Below are positions 1 to 10,222 of a stretch of 64,000 bases of DNA, piece by piece (the first letter of the stretch is position 1; each line of letters begins with the position of its first letter). Position numbers and translations under genes: made by a program. This stretch comes from Thermoplasmata archaeon (GTDB lineage Archaea; Thermoplasmatota; Thermoplasmata; Lutacidiplasmatales; UBA184): contig DATJVA010000001.1 of assembly GCA_035502015.1 (NCBI GenBank), positions 676 through 64,675 on the forward strand, given 5' to 3'. The notes beneath the pieces are model-generated. The model did not search any database and had not been told where the DNA came from. It saw only the letters and a program-made list of their open reading frames with translations.

Positions 1-1
1 G

Positions 2-979
2 GACCCGAACGAGTTCGCGAAGGTCCTCGAGACGACGCCGTACGCCGACGACCTCGCCCGGGTCCGTGCGACCCACTCGGACGTCTCGCTCGTAGAGCTC
101 GCGATCAACCGCACGTTCGTTCGCCGCAACCGCCGGGCGTTCGAGTCGACCCCGTTCGCGGGGCGCGGTGTGGTCGGGGCGTATCTCGGACGTTGGGACA
201 TCCAGAACATCGAGATGATCCTCACCGCGAAAGCCCAGGGTAGGAGCGTCACCGAGACCGAGGACCACCTGGTCTCGAGCCGCGAGATCCCCGCCGGCCT
301 CTATGCCGGCGCGATGAACCTAGACGACTTCCGCATCCTTCTGAGCCAGCCCACGCTCGAAGCGATGGTCACTTCCCTCGTCAAGTACGGTTACGGAACG
401 ACGATCCTTCCGTTCCTCGAGCCGTTCGAGCGGACCCACAACATCTTCCCGATCCTGGTCGCGCTCGACAAGGAGTACTACCGTAACGTCGTCAGCCAGG
501 CGCGCTTCTTCCAGGGCGACGAGTGGGTCGTCCGGGGCCTCGTCCAGAGCGAGGTCGACGCTCGGAACGCTCTCCTGCTCCTGAAAGGGAAGGACCGCCG
601 CCTCGCGATGGACGACATCCTCCCCCGGTGGATCGACGGCGGCACGATGACGAGCGCGCAGGCGTCCGACCTCTTCTCGGCCCGAACGGTTCCCGAGCTC
701 GCCGACCGTCTCTCCTCCCGTTTCCCCTCGATCGGGGAGGGGACGAGCGAGTACGCGAGCGCCGACAGCCTGACGGGCTACGAGGTGGCGATCGAGCGCG
801 AGCGGGCGAGCACCGAGCTGAAGCGCCTGAGGACCTACCCGCTCTCCCTCAGCGTGATCTTCGCCTACCTGCTCCGTAACGAAGTGGAGCGAAGCGACCT
901 TCGCCGCGCGGTGTTCGGGCGCCTCTACGGCGTCCCGGCGGAGCGGCTCGCGCCCCTCCTTGTTTCCCCTCGGCTCTGA
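2..979 (+). CDS. atpC: A-type ATP synthase subunit C (5' end truncated by window edge; frame is open from nt 2)
   Basis: No stop in frame from nt 2. About 326 aa of AC39/subunit-C-like sequence. Converges on the atpFABDHI operon on the opposite strand, with a 12-nt gap. Confidence 0.6.
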   Translation, partial: DPNEFAKVLETTPYADDLARVRATHSDVSLVELAINRTFVRRNRRAFESTPFAGRGVVGAYLGRWDIQNIEMILTAKAQGRSVTETEDHLVSSREIPAGLYAGAMNLDDFRILLSQPTLEAMVTSLVKYGYGTTILPFLEPFERTHNIFPILVALDKEYYRNVVSQARFFQGDEWVVRGLVQSEVDARNALLLLKGKDRRLAMDDILPRWIDGGTMTSAQASDLFSARTVPELADRLSSRFPSIGEGTSEYASADSLTGYEVAIERERASTELKRLRTYPLSLSVIFAYLLRNEVERSDLRRAVFGRLYGVPAERLAPLLVSPRL

Positions 980-1002
980 CCGGGGCGGGGATCAGACCCC
1001 GG
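980..1002. terminator. Hairpin CCGGGG-11 nt-CCCCGG between convergent atpC and atpI; both stop codons lie in or beside it
   Basis: Inverted repeat read directly: ccggggcggggatcagaccccgg. It sits between two convergent stop codons (TGA at 977-979 on + and TGA at 992-994 on -). Confidence 0.3.
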
Positions 1003-2986
1003 ATTCCCGCATGATCGGTCCCGCGGGGGCCGCGCTCTCGTCCGCGAGAGGAGAGACCGTGCGGCTCCGGGCGGCACCGAACGGACGGAACACTTTGCCG
1101 TTGCCGCTGTAGAACTTCGAGAAGTACTCGACGAAGATCAGCCGCGCCCCCTGGATCCCGGGCTCGAACACCCCGATGATGACGTTGAAGCTCTGGCCGA
1201 CCACGATGATGACGAGGCCGGCGACGATCCCCACGACCGTGCCGCCGAGCACGAGGCCGCTGCCGATCTGGTTGATGACGAGAGCGAGGATGACGCTCGC
1301 GAGCAGGATGCCGACCAGTCGCGTGTAGGAGAGGATGTGGCTCACGACCTCGATGAGCCCCATCATTCCCATCTGGAGCCCCTCGCCGAGGAGCAACATC
1401 GCGAGTCCCACTCCGAGGCAGGCGTACCAGAGGACGATCAGCGGGTCCGCCGAGACCGAGGTGGCGCGGTGGATGACCGCGAGGCCGAAGAAGGCGACCC
1501 CGAAGGCGAAGATGATCCCGCCCGACTTCGCCACCACGCCGCGCTTGTGGTGGTGGAAGTACTCCTTGAGCGCCCCCATCAGGAAGCCGAGAACGACCAT
1601 CCCGAGCCCGACGTAGCCGGCGAAGAGGAGGTACGTCGGCACGGTCTTCTCGATCTCGATCCCCTTGAAGTGGAACAGCGGCGTGAGCAGGTGATAGCCG
1701 AAGAACTCGTTGGTGACGACCCCGAGCCCGATCGCGAGCAGGCAACCGGGGATGAGCGCGTAGGCGAGCTGCTGCATCCCTTTCGGTCCCATGATCATCT
1801 TGACGAAGTTGCGGCCGAACTTCGGGAGATGGGCGGCGCCCGGGAACCCGGCGATCATCCAGAGCGAGATCAGCAGGATGACGAGTCCGTAGCCCCAGTC
1901 GCTCAGCATGAACCCGAAGAAGATCGGGAAGGCGATCGCGAAGACGGTGGTCGGGTCCCACTCGGTCGCCTGGGGGATCGAGTAGAACCGGACGAAGAAC
2001 TCGAACCGTCGGATCCCGCGGGGGTTCGACATCATCGTCGGCGGCTCCTCGTCCGTCGGGACACGGTAGAAGAACGTCCGGCCCCCGCTCTCGCGGTCGA
2101 TGACCGTCTGGAGGCGGGCCACGTCCCGCTCGGGAACCCACGCCTCGAGGGCGAACGCCGAGTGGCTCGCACCGAGCTTGGCCACGACCTCCGCCTTCCG
2201 GTTCTCGATCTCGAGCGCCTCGCCGATCGCGCTGACGAGCGGGTACCACTCCTTCGAGATCGCGAGCAGGCGAGAAGCGATCTCCGCACGTCGCTGGCGG
2301 GTGGTTTCCTGGCGCGCGCGGAGGGCCGCGAGCTCCTCGGAGACCGTCCCCGCGAGGCGCGGTACCGCCGTCAGTCGCACCCCCCTCGCTTGGGAGAGCC
2401 GCGCGAGCGCGTCCGCTCCGGTCGGCGGGATCAGGATGAGGAACCGGACGATGTCCCCCGACGGCCCGAGCAGCAAGTGAACGTCCGTCTCGGCCGGCAG
2501 GGAGGCGGCGAACGCCGTGTAGCTGTCGGCCGTCGCGGTGCCGTAGAAGGTGTGGAAGTTCTTCGAATCGAGGAACTCGAGTCGGTCGGGATAGAACGAG
2601 ATCTTCTCGAGCAGCTCGGCCGTCGAGGCAGCCGCCTTCTCCTCCGTGGCGAGCCGGTCATCCTCGCGCCGCAGCTCGCCGACCTCGTCGTCGATCGTGA
2701 CGGTCTTCGCCGCGGCGAGGATCTCGGCGACCGAGTCGAAGAGGTGCGGCGGGCCACCGTGGACCGGCGGCAGCGCCGCGAGGAGTCCGCGGAACCGCAG
2801 GGTCTCGTCCCCGACCTGGCGGAGCGTCTCGGGGCCGCGCTCGGGCCCGAGCTCGGCCATCGTGGGCGGAGAGAGCGGTTCGATCTGCGCCACTCGGAGG
2901 TCGTGGAGGACGGTGAGGATCCGCTCCTCGTCGTCCTTGAGGCCAAGGAGGCCGACCTTGGCCATCCGGACCGGACGTAGCGCCAC
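992..2986 (-). CDS. atpI: A-type ATP synthase subunit I (membrane a-subunit)
   Basis: 664 aa. Hydrophilic N-terminal half plus a C-terminal polytopic membrane domain typical of the V/A-type a/I subunit. Alternative start at MAKVGLLGL (M8). Confidence 0.85.
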   Translation of the reverse strand: MALRPVRMAKVGLLGLKDDEERILTVLHDLRVAQIEPLSPPTMAELGPERGPETLRQVGDETLRFRGLLAALPPVHGGPPHLFDSVAEILAAAKTVTIDDEVGELRREDDRLATEEKAAASTAELLEKISFYPDRLEFLDSKNFHTFYGTATADSYTAFAASLPAETDVHLLLGPSGDIVRFLILIPPTGADALARLSQARGVRLTAVPRLAGTVSEELAALRARQETTRQRRAEIASRLLAISKEWYPLVSAIGEALEIENRKAEVVAKLGASHSAFALEAWVPERDVARLQTVIDRESGGRTFFYRVPTDEEPPTMMSNPRGIRRFEFFVRFYSIPQATEWDPTTVFAIAFPIFFGFMLSDWGYGLVILLISLWMIAGFPGAAHLPKFGRNFVKMIMGPKGMQQLAYALIPGCLLAIGLGVVTNEFFGYHLLTPLFHFKGIEIEKTVPTYLLFAGYVGLGMVVLGFLMGALKEYFHHHKRGVVAKSGGIIFAFGVAFFGLAVIHRATSVSADPLIVLWYACLGVGLAMLLLGEGLQMGMMGLIEVVSHILSYTRLVGILLASVILALVINQIGSGLVLGGTVVGIVAGLVIIVVGQSFNVIIGVFEPGIQGARLIFVEYFSKFYSGNGKVFRPFGAARSRTVSPLADESAAPAGPIMRESGV

Positions 2987-3013
2987 GAGAACCGCTCCTG
3001 ACCGACCTACGGA

Positions 3014-3373
3014 CTAATCCGACCCGAACGTGCCCAGGACGGCGGCGAGGATCTGGGTCTTCTTGTCGCTCGGACGTCGTCCCTCGCCGACCAGCGCCCG
3101 GTCGGCGGCCTTCTTGCCGTCCGCCAGGATCGCCGCGGCTTCCGTCTCGGTTTCGGTCCGGGCCTGGGTCACGCGGGCGACCCGGTCGCGGTCGGCCGCG
3201 GCCTGGGCCTCCTTCACGGCGGCGGCGGCCTCCGCGCGCAGCCGTGCGATCGACGCCTCGGCGTCCTGCCGTGCGGCCGCCAGGCGCGCATCCCATTCGT
3301 TCTCCGTCGCCTTCACTCGCTTGAGCGCCTCGACCGAGTCGGGCTCGGCCGCGCCGGACGTCGTCGTCGCCAT
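3014..3373 (-). CDS. atpH: A-type ATP synthase subunit H (coiled-coil stator subunit)
   Basis: Start chosen at MATTTSGAAEP..., preceded by GGAGGG at SD spacing. About 119 aa, Ala/Glu-rich coiled coil with ALKRVKATENEW. Lies between atpD and atpI. Confidence 0.55.
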   Translation of the reverse strand: MATTTSGAAEPDSVEALKRVKATENEWDARLAAARQDAEASIARLRAEAAAAVKEAQAAADRDRVARVTQARTETETEAAAILADGKKAADRALVGEGRRPSDKKTQILAAVLGTFGSD

Positions 3374-3490
3374 CGTCAGGACCCTCCGAGGAATCTCAGG
3401 ACGAACCACAGCAGGACCGCGACCGCCGCGATCTTCACGGCGAGGCTCACGGCCCACACACCGGCGAACCGCCGGACCGCAGGGTTCGCG

Positions 3491-4135
3491 TTAGGCGGCG
3501 GCCGCACTTTCCGCCTCCTGCTCGATCTTCCGCTTCACCGTCTTCAGCATGCTGAACGAGTCGCGTTCCATCTCGTCGAACCGGAACTTGATGTATCGCA
3601 CGACCCCCTCGAGACGCGGGACGAGAACGTTCTCGATCGCGCTCGCGCGACGCTTCGTCTTCTCGATCTCTTTGAGGAGCCGGCGCAGCGAGTTCTCCTT
3701 CTCGGCGATGTCGAGGACGATCCCGTAGATCCGCTGGAACCGGCGGACCGATTCTTGCACCGAGATGGGGAGGTCGAGGAGGTCGGCGGTCGAGACGGGC
3801 GAGTAGCCGCCGCGGTCGACCTGAGGGGTCCGCACGCCCATGACGTTCTTGGTCGTCACCGCGACCGGCGCGATATCCGGGAGGAGCATCGAGATGTTCT
3901 CGAGTCGGGTCGGGCCCTCGAGCATCTCGGCCATTCGGATCGATTCGTATCCCCGCTCGACCCTCGCCTTGAGGTCGCCGCGCAGCTTCATCGCCTCGCG
4001 CGAGGCAGCGAAGAACTCGACGATCAGCGCCGAGCGCTTCAGCTTGAGGAGGTTGAGGCCCTTCTTCGCGACGACGATCCGTCGGCGCGTCCTCAGGAGC
4101 TCGAGGCGGGTCGGTCGGACGGTTTCGGCGGGCAT
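3491..4135 (-). CDS. atpD: A-type ATP synthase subunit D (central stalk)
   Basis: 214 aa. Basic N-terminal helix (TRLELLRTRRRIVVAKKGLNLLKLKR) and C-terminal helix typical of V/A-type subunit D. Immediately downstream of atpB. Confidence 0.85.
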   Translation of the reverse strand: MPAETVRPTRLELLRTRRRIVVAKKGLNLLKLKRSALIVEFFAASREAMKLRGDLKARVERGYESIRMAEMLEGPTRLENISMLLPDIAPVAVTTKNVMGVRTPQVDRGGYSPVSTADLLDLPISVQESVRRFQRIYGIVLDIAEKENSLRRLLKEIEKTKRRASAIENVLVPRLEGVVRYIKFRFDEMERDSFSMLKTVKRKIEQEAESAAAA

Positions 4136-4162
4136 CGGCGGCCTCTTCGCGCTCCCTCGTAC

Positions 4163-5596
4163 CTACGACGGCGGCGCGGTCCCCTTCTTCGGCCGGTACT
4201 TCTCGATGAACTCGGGGCGGATCCGCTTCAGCTCGGAGTCGGGGAAGTCGGAGAGGATATCCCACGCGAGCGCGAGGCTCTCGTCGATCGTCCGGTCCTC
4301 GTCCGGGCGCTGGTTGACGAACTCCGTCTCGAACCGGTCGGCCATCCTGAGGTAGAGGCGGTCGGTCGCGCTGAGCGCCTCCTCGCCGACGATCGCGGAG
4401 AGCGACCGCTGGTCCTTTCCCGTCGCGTACGCCGCGAACAGTTGGTCGGAGAGCCCGCGGTGATCCTCCCGCGTCCGTCCCTTGCCGATCCCCTGGCCCA
4501 TCAGTCGCGAAAGGGACGGCAGGATGTCGATCGGCGGGTAGATGCCGCGACGCTGGAGGTCACGGCTGACGTAGACCTGGCCCTCGGTGATGTACCCCGT
4601 CAGGTCGGGGATCGGGTGCGTCACGTCGTCCGCGGGCATCGTCAGGATCGGGATCTGCGTGATCGACCCCTTGCGCCCGTGGATCTTGCCCGCGCGCTCG
4701 TACAGGGTCGCGAGGTCGGTGTAGAGATACCCCGGGTACCCCCGGCGGCCCGGCACTTCCTCGCGCGCGGCCGAGACCTCGCGGAGCGCCTCGCAGTAGT
4801 TCGTCATGTCGGTCAGCACGACCAGGATGTGGAGGTCGCGCTCGTAGGCGAGGAACTCGGCGGCGGTGAGCGCCATGCGCGGCGTCACGACGCGCTCCAT
4901 CGACGGGTCGGAGGAGAGGTTCAGGAAGACGACCGCGCGCTCGAGCGCACCGGTCGACTCGAACTCTTTGAGGAAGAAGTTCGCCTCCTCGCTCGTGATC
5001 CCCATCGCGGCGAAGACCACGGCGAACCCCTCGGAAGAGTCCCGGAGCTTCGCCTGCCGGACGATCTGAGCCGCGATCTGATTGTGCGGAAGGCCCGCGC
5101 CCGAAAAGATCGGGAGCTTCTGGCCCCGAACGAGCGTGTTGTTGACGTCGATGGTCGAGATCCCGGTCTGGATGAACTCGCTCGGCTCCTCGCGCGAGTA
5201 CGGGTTCATCGCGCTCCCGACGATCTCGAGCTGCGTCTCGCTGACGATCCTCGGGCCGCCGTCCCTCGGCTCGCCGAGGCCCGTGAAGACGCGACCGAGC
5301 ATCTCGTCCGAGACGGGAAGCTTCGCGACCTCACCGAGGAACTTGACGCTCGTCTTCTCGAGATTGATTCCCATCGTCGCGCCGAACACCTGGACGATGG
5401 CGAGCCCCTTGCGGGAGTCGAGCACCTGGCCCTGGCGCCGCTCGCCGGTCGGCAGCTGGACCTCGACGATCTCTCCGTAGGCCGCGTTCGCGACGTCGCG
5501 GACGAACAGAAGCGGTCCTGCGACCCGGTCGATCGTGCGGTAGTCGACGGGCACGGCCGAAACATCTCCCGCCGAGGAGGTACCTTTCGCCGCCAT
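4163..5596 (-). CDS. atpB: A-type ATP synthase subunit B (regulatory)
   Basis: 477 aa, clear A/V-type B-subunit sequence ([34 protein letters not shown]... [12 protein letters not shown]). Its start shares 1 nt with the atpA stop (TGATG). Confidence 0.95.
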   Translation of the reverse strand: MAAKGTSSAGDVSAVPVDYRTIDRVAGPLLFVRDVANAAYGEIVEVQLPTGERRQGQVLDSRKGLAIVQVFGATMGINLEKTSVKFLGEVAKLPVSDEMLGRVFTGLGEPRDGGPRIVSETQLEIVGSAMNPYSREEPSEFIQTGISTIDVNNTLVRGQKLPIFSGAGLPHNQIAAQIVRQAKLRDSSEGFAVVFAAMGITSEEANFFLKEFESTGALERAVVFLNLSSDPSMERVVTPRMALTAAEFLAYERDLHILVVLTDMTNYCEALREVSAAREEVPGRRGYPGYLYTDLATLYERAGKIHGRKGSITQIPILTMPADDVTHPIPDLTGYITEGQVYVSRDLQRRGIYPPIDILPSLSRLMGQGIGKGRTREDHRGLSDQLFAAYATGKDQRSLSAIVGEEALSATDRLYLRMADRFETEFVNQRPDEDRTIDESLALAWDILSDFPDSELKRIRPEFIEKYRPKKGTAPPS

Positions 5597-8500
5597 CAGC
5601 TGCTCCCGGCGGCCGTGAGCGCTCCGACCGCGAGCTCGGTCTCCCGCTCAAGATCGTCGAACTGCTTGTCCGCCTCCGCCTCGGGAATCCACTTCATGCG
5701 CGAGAGCTTCGTGCGGACCGGCATCTGCTGCAGGTTCGCGACCGTCACGCCCTTTGCGACGGCATCCTGTTCGAGGTCACCGAACTTGAGGATCATGCGC
5801 AGCATCTTCGCCTGCTTGCCGATCGATGTGTACGTGTCGACCTCGTCGTACGCGCTCTGCTGGAGGTAGTCCTCCCGTAGCATCCGCGAGACGTCGAGGA
5901 TCGCTTTCTCCCGCTCGGGAAGCGCATCGACGCCGACGAGCTGCACGATCTCCTGGAGCTCGGCCTCCTTCTGGAGCGTCTCGAGCGCTTTCTGGCGGAG
6001 CGCGGAGAAGTCCTTCGAGAGCGACTGGGAGTACCACGACTCCAAGTCGCGCGTGTAGAGCGAATAGCTCTGGAGCCAGTTGATCGACGGGAAGTGGCGC
6101 CGGGACGCGAGCGAGGCATCCAGCGCCCAGAAGACGCGGGCGATTCGGAGCGTGTTCTGGCTCACCGGCTCCGACGTGTCTCCGCCGGGAGGTGAGACGG
6201 CTCCTACCACGGTGATGGACCCGGTGCGCCCCTCGGGGGAGACCGTGACGACGCGGCCCGAGCGCTCGTAGAACTCGGCGACGCGTCGACCGAGGTACGC
6301 GGGATATCCTTCCTCTCCGGGCATCTCCTCGAGGCGCCCGGAGATCTCGCGCATCGCCTCGGCCCATCGACTGGTCGAGTCGGCCATCAGCGCGACGTCG
6401 TAACCCATGTCCCGGTAATACTCGGCGATAGTGATCCCGGTGTAGACACTCGCCTCGCGGGCGGCGACCGGCATGTTCGAGGTGTTCGCGATCAGCACCG
6501 TCCGTTCCATCAGCGGTCGGCCCGATTTTGGGTCCTGGAGCTTCGGGAACGTTGCCAGCACTTCCGCCATCTCGTTGCCGCGTTCGCCACAGCCGACGTA
6601 GACAACGATGTCCGAGTCGGCCCACTTCGCGAGCTGCTGTTGGGTGACGGTGTTGTGCAGGAGGATGGCGCCGAACCCCCCGACGAAGTTCGCCCCAAAT
6701 TCCGGCAGCGCGAAGTCGAAGACGTCGAACGGACCCACCTCTTCCCGCACCTCGACGACCTCGTCGCAGAAGACCCATTCCAGCATGTCGCGCAGCCGCG
6801 AGGCGGCGGGCTCGAGCGAGTCCAGCGACCCGAGGGCGCGGTACGGGTTGATGAAGCGCTGGAAGGTGTATGCTCCCATGCGCTCGCCGTTCCCGATATA
6901 GTTGTGGATCTCGATGCCGTCCTCGAGGAGCGCGGAGTAGGTGAAGTGGTCCCGATAGAGTCTCTCGATCGCGTCGGGAGAAAGAGGGACAACGTCGGTG
7001 GCCGTGTAGGACGTGCGCTTCGACTCGGTGTACTGCCGGATCGCCGCGAGCTTGGGATGGTCAGCGCCCACGGCGTCGTAGAGCTTGTCCAGATTGAAGA
7101 TGCCCCGTACGAAGAGGCGGAAGTAGGTCGTGCCGTCGACGACGCGCCGTCCCATCGAGCAGGTGATTCCGAACCGAGAAAGGGCGTACGCGAGCTCGGT
7201 CTGGAGCGCCCCGCTCTTCGTACAGAACTCGATCTCGCCTTGCGACAGCCCGCCGTCGCCGAGGTAGTACCCCCGGAGGAACCCGCCGAGGACGTCGTTG
7301 TCGGAAGCAAGAACCGCGCCCGGGATGCGTTTCTCGCCGGAATTCCTCCCGGACCCGAACCAGTCCATGAGGTGGACGAGCGAGGTGCTTGCCACGAGCA
7401 CGTTCGGAGTCTTGCCGGGGGTTCGCTCAACCTTGCCCTCGATTCCGAAGAGATTGCGGGTGAGGGCGAGGAAGCGGCTCAGAAGCATCTCGTCCGAGTT
7501 GGTGAACACCACGGTCCGGTTGCCGCGGATGTAGCCTTCGGAGGCGAAGAGCCCCAAGAACTCTCCGAGTTCCTCCGACATGGCGTCGGGAATCCGTAGG
7601 GCCTTCCCCTTTCGCTGAAGTTCCGGTGGCTGCGGTCGGAGCGCTCGGGTCCCGACGGGGCTCGGGGTTCGACGAACCGATGCGATGTAGTCTCCTGGTC
7701 GCAGGTCGCGGGCGGCCCTCTCCTGGAGCGCGCCGTCCGGGGTGAACGCGAAGAGTCGGTGCACCGGAGTGACGCGGACGCTCTTCCCCGAGCGCGTCCG
7801 CACGCGTACGAGAGTGTCGCTCTTTCCCCTGTAGGCGGTGTGGGAGCGGCTTCGGACGAGCGACCCGTTGACCAGCGAGAACAGTTCGATTGGCTGCCGG
7901 AGGTCGACCCACTCATCGGAACCCTCCGAGCGTACTTCGCCCCTCGCCCGGACGGAAGCGTACAGCGTCTCGATGCTGACGACTTCCCCGGTGCCGAGTA
8001 GGACTGGGGTCTCTCCTCCGACACACTTGCCCGACCCGAACGGCCCCGGAATGCAGGCGGTCCCCCCCTTGGCCACGGGATAGAACGTATCGATCACTCT
8101 CTGCCCGGTCACGAGCGGAATGTCGGGCGCGAGTTTCTGGGTGACCGGGCGAGGGATTCGGACGACCCACTTGTGGGAGAGATAGAGCGGGACCGTCCCG
8201 GTCGCCGTCGTGAGCGAGCCGATCGGGTCGCGGATCGTGTACTTGCCGCTCTTCAGGTCGGCCAGGGTCCCGCGGAGTCCGGGCGGCACTAGGATCTTGT
8301 GAACGATGAGCGCGGTCTCCTGGACCGTGCCGAGTATTGTCCCGGGGGTGACCTCCGTGCCGACCTTGGCGGTCGCGGAGAACTCCCAGACGGCCTTCTC
8401 GTCGAGCGGGGTCGCCGACGTTCCGCGGGTGATGAAGTCGCCCACGGACTTCTGGACGACGTCGAGCGGGCGCTGGATCCCGTCGTAGATCGACTTCAGG

Positions 8501-8772
8501 AGCCCCGGCCCGAGCTCGACGCTGAGCGCTTGGCCGGTGCTCTCGACCGGGTCGCCCGGCCGGATACCGGTAGTGTCCTCGTAGACCTGAACGGTGGCCG
8601 TCCCCTCCACGAGGCGGATGATCTCTCCGACGAGGCCCAGCGTCCCCACGCGGACGACGTCGTACATCTTCGCATCGACCAATCCCTCGGCGATGACCAC
8701 GGGGCCGGAAACTCGTGCTACCGATCCTGCCATGTTCTTCCCTTCGCTCGATTCGAGTGATTCGTAAGACAC
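5596..8772 (-). CDS. atpA: A-type ATP synthase catalytic subunit A, interrupted in-frame by a 458-aa intein (extein about 600 aa)
   Basis: N-extein ends ...GPFGSGK (P-loop), followed by Cys. C-extein resumes at [32 protein letters not shown] after ...LLHN. The ATG abuts the atpF stop. Confidence 0.95.
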   Translation of the reverse strand: MSYESLESSEGKNMAGSVARVSGPVVIAEGLVDAKMYDVVRVGTLGLVGEIIRLVEGTATVQVYEDTTGIRPGDPVESTGQALSVELGPGLLKSIYDGIQRPLDVVQKSVGDFITRGTSATPLDEKAVWEFSATAKVGTEVTPGTILGTVQETALIVHKILVPPGLRGTLADLKSGKYTIRDPIGSLTTATGTVPLYLSHKWVVRIPRPVTQKLAPDIPLVTGQRVIDTFYPVAKGGTACIPGPFGSGKCVGGETPVLLGTGEVVSIETLYASVRARGEVRSEGSDEWVDLRQPIELFSLVNGSLVRSRSHTAYRGKSDTLVRVRTRSGKSVRVTPVHRLFAFTPDGALQERAARDLRPGDYIASVRRTPSPVGTRALRPQPPELQRKGKALRIPDAMSEELGEFLGLFASEGYIRGNRTVVFTNSDEMLLSRFLALTRNLFGIEGKVERTPGKTPNVLVASTSLVHLMDWFGSGRNSGEKRIPGAVLASDNDVLGGFLRGYYLGDGGLSQGEIEFCTKSGALQTELAYALSRFGITCSMGRRVVDGTTYFRLFVRGIFNLDKLYDAVGADHPKLAAIRQYTESKRTSYTATDVVPLSPDAIERLYRDHFTYSALLEDGIEIHNYIGNGERMGAYTFQRFINPYRALGSLDSLEPAASRLRDMLEWVFCDEVVEVREEVGPFDVFDFALPEFGANFVGGFGAILLHNTVTQQQLAKWADSDIVVYVGCGERGNEMAEVLATFPKLQDPKSGRPLMERTVLIANTSNMPVAAREASVYTGITIAEYYRDMGYDVALMADSTSRWAEAMREISGRLEEMPGEEGYPAYLGRRVAEFYERSGRVVTVSPEGRTGSITVVGAVSPPGGDTSEPVSQNTLRIARVFWALDASLASRRHFPSINWLQSYSLYTRDLESWYSQSLSKDFSALRQKALETLQKEAELQEIVQLVGVDALPEREKAILDVSRMLREDYLQQSAYDEVDTYTSIGKQAKMLRMILKFGDLEQDAVAKGVTVANLQQMPVRTKLSRMKWIPEAEADKQFDDLERETELAVGALTAAGSS
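6652..8025 (-). mobile_element. Full-length intein with LAGLIDADG homing-endonuclease domain, inserted in the AtpA P-loop (GPFGSGK|C ... HN|T; VMA-a-type site)
   Basis: Cys+1 at codon 250 (nt 8025-8023), verified against the DNA. Terminal His-Asn at codons 706-707, next residue Thr. Two LAGLIDADG blocks ([10 protein letters not shown] and [14 protein letters not shown]). Confidence 0.85.
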
Positions 8773-8774
8773 GT

Positions 8775-9110
8775 CTACGTCGCGACCGAGAGCGTCACGC
8801 CCAGGACCCGCTTCGCAAGCGCCTCGATGCTCTCGACCTCGTATTCACCGCTCGGAGTGGGAACGAAGACGACGAGCGGGTGGAGGGAGGCGTCGGCGCT
8901 GGCGCGCTGGGACTCGGAGAGCTGCGCGCGGATCGATTGGGTCGCAATGACGAGCGAGAAACCGCCTGCCATCGCCCTTTCGAACTCCGAAACCGCGTTG
9001 TCCGGCGTGACCTCGACGACGTCCTTGAGGCCGATCAGGCGGAACCCGATCGCGAGCTCCCGCTCGCCGACCACGATCGTACGCCCCGGCTCTTTCGGCG
9101 TCTCGGGCAC
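8775..9110 (-). CDS. atpF: A-type ATP synthase subunit F
   Basis: 111 aa. First gene of the minus-strand atpF-A-B-D-H-I string. The F-subunit-like sequence ends 2 nt before the atpA ATG. Confidence 0.8.
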   Translation of the reverse strand: MPETPKEPGRTIVVGERELAIGFRLIGLKDVVEVTPDNAVSEFERAMAGGFSLVIATQSIRAQLSESQRASADASLHPLVVFVPTPSGEYEVESIEALAKRVLGVTLSVAT

Positions 9111-9129
9111 GGTAGCGTCGGCGGAGCCC

Positions 9130-9146
9130 CAGCGTATTTAAGGCCT
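9130..9146 (-). promoter_or_regulatory. TATA-like element (TTAAATA on coding strand) about 28 nt upstream of the atpF ATG; probable leaderless promoter of the atpFABDHI operon
   Basis: Forward gtatttaagg at 9134-9143. No SD before the atpF ATG at 9110. Confidence 0.35.
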
Positions 9147-9767
9147 ACCGGAGGCGCGCTGACGGTGGACCGGTCGAGGAGCCACTTCCCCCGGAAGTAG
9201 GAGCGCCGGAGGGACGGTTTCCCGAACGCACGCGTCGATCAATGAGGCGAACCGACGCTCTCGGGTCTCGGGGCGGACGGCGCTCATCACCCAGAACGTT
9301 GCCCGCTTTCGGAACCCCCGGTTCCGAGACCGGAAGAACCGGTCCGCGGGGGCGTTCGCCCGAAGGCGTGCCGAGAATGCCGGAGAGAAGCGGTAGGTGC
9401 CCCCGCTCGTGAACTGCCGGGGTTGATGGGTCGGGCGCTGCTCGAACGCGCGACGTCCCGACGGGCGGACCCGACCCGCCCGGTCGAGCTCGGCGAACCG
9501 TCGCCGGTTCACCTCGCTCCAGTTGCTCCCCGGTCGGCGGGGCGTGAAGCGGTTCGCGTAGCGGTCGTCGTCGATCCGGCGAATGGTGGTGTCGATCCAT
9601 CCGAAGCAGAGCGCCTCGTCGACCGCCTCGGGGTAGACCACTCCCCGGCGGTCGGTGTGCGCCTTGTAGAACCCGACCCAGAGCTCGTTCGCTTCGGCGT
9701 GGTGGGCCTCAAACCACGCGCGGAGCTCGCTCGGGGAATCGAAGAAGCGAGCGGGTACGACCGACAT
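9138..9767 (-). CDS. YdeI/OmpD-associated family protein (PF13376-like)
   Basis: Start at MSVVPARFFDSPSELRAWFEAHH..ELWVGFYK...EAVDEALCFGWID...RFTPRRPGSNWS..N, which matches the conserved core of that family. The upstream Arg/Pro-rich ORF extension was rejected. Confidence 0.55.
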   Translation of the reverse strand: MSVVPARFFDSPSELRAWFEAHHAEANELWVGFYKAHTDRRGVVYPEAVDEALCFGWIDTTIRRIDDDRYANRFTPRRPGSNWSEVNRRRFAELDRAGRVRPSGRRAFEQRPTHQPRQFTSGGTYRFSPAFSARLRANAPADRFFRSRNRGFRKRATFWVMSAVRPETRERRFASLIDACVRETVPPALLLPGEVAPRPVHRQRASGRP

Positions 9768-9778
9768 CGTCGGGGCGG

Positions 9779-10057
9779 TTACTTGTAGACCGAGAAGTGG
9801 ACGTGGTTCTCGTCGTCGGTGATCAGGATGCACTCGCCTTCGCACTCGAAGAGACACGCCTCGCAGACGATGCATTCCGGGCCGTTCACCGCGAGCGACT
9901 TCTCGCCCCGGAACTGGAACTTCGCCCCGACCGCGGGGTCGTCGACCACGTCCGGGACCTGGTCGCGGGGACGAAGGTCGAAGACGTTCACCGGGCAGAC
10001 GTCCTTGCAATGCGAGCAGCCCGTGCACTTGGCGATGTCGATGTCGACTTGGACCAT
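9779..10057 (-). CDS. 2x[4Fe-4S] ferredoxin
   Basis: 92 aa with CTGCSHCKDVCP and CIVCEACLFECEGEC cluster motifs. Confidence 0.8.
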   Translation of the reverse strand: MVQVDIDIAKCTGCSHCKDVCPVNVFDLRPRDQVPDVVDDPAVGAKFQFRGEKSLAVNGPECIVCEACLFECEGECILITDDENHVHFSVYK

Positions 10058-10222
10058 CGGTCGCCTCTGGGCCCGCCGGGGCGGGGCGGACTATTAGGGT
10101 TTTCCCGCCGCCGGTATCGGCTTTTCCAGGGCCCGCGCAGTCCGTTCCAGCCCCTTCCCGAGCCCCTTCCTATCGAGCGCAATCTTTACCGGGCCGGACG
10201 ACGTTCCGGTGGGCAGCAGCGG

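Noticed and set aside
849-2980. Long ORFs 849..2249(-), 1337..2980(+), 2431..2946(-), 2658..3296(-) overlapping atpI
   Set aside because: Arg/Pro/Gly-rich translations typical of out-of-frame reading in about 70% GC DNA. The in-frame atpI product is a coherent membrane protein.
3755-7599. ORFs 3755..5869(+), 5777..6778(-), 6510..7430(-), 6640..7599(+) and others antisense or out of frame to atpD/atpB/atpA
   Set aside because: Shadow ORFs of highly conserved ATPase genes; low-complexity R/P/G/A-rich products.
9138-10028. 5' 87 codons of ORF 9138..10028 (Arg/Pro/Gly-rich N-terminal extension of the YdeI-like gene)
   Set aside because: Homology starts at MSVVPARFF, and the extension would overlap the ferredoxin gene. 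It is treated as non-coding.
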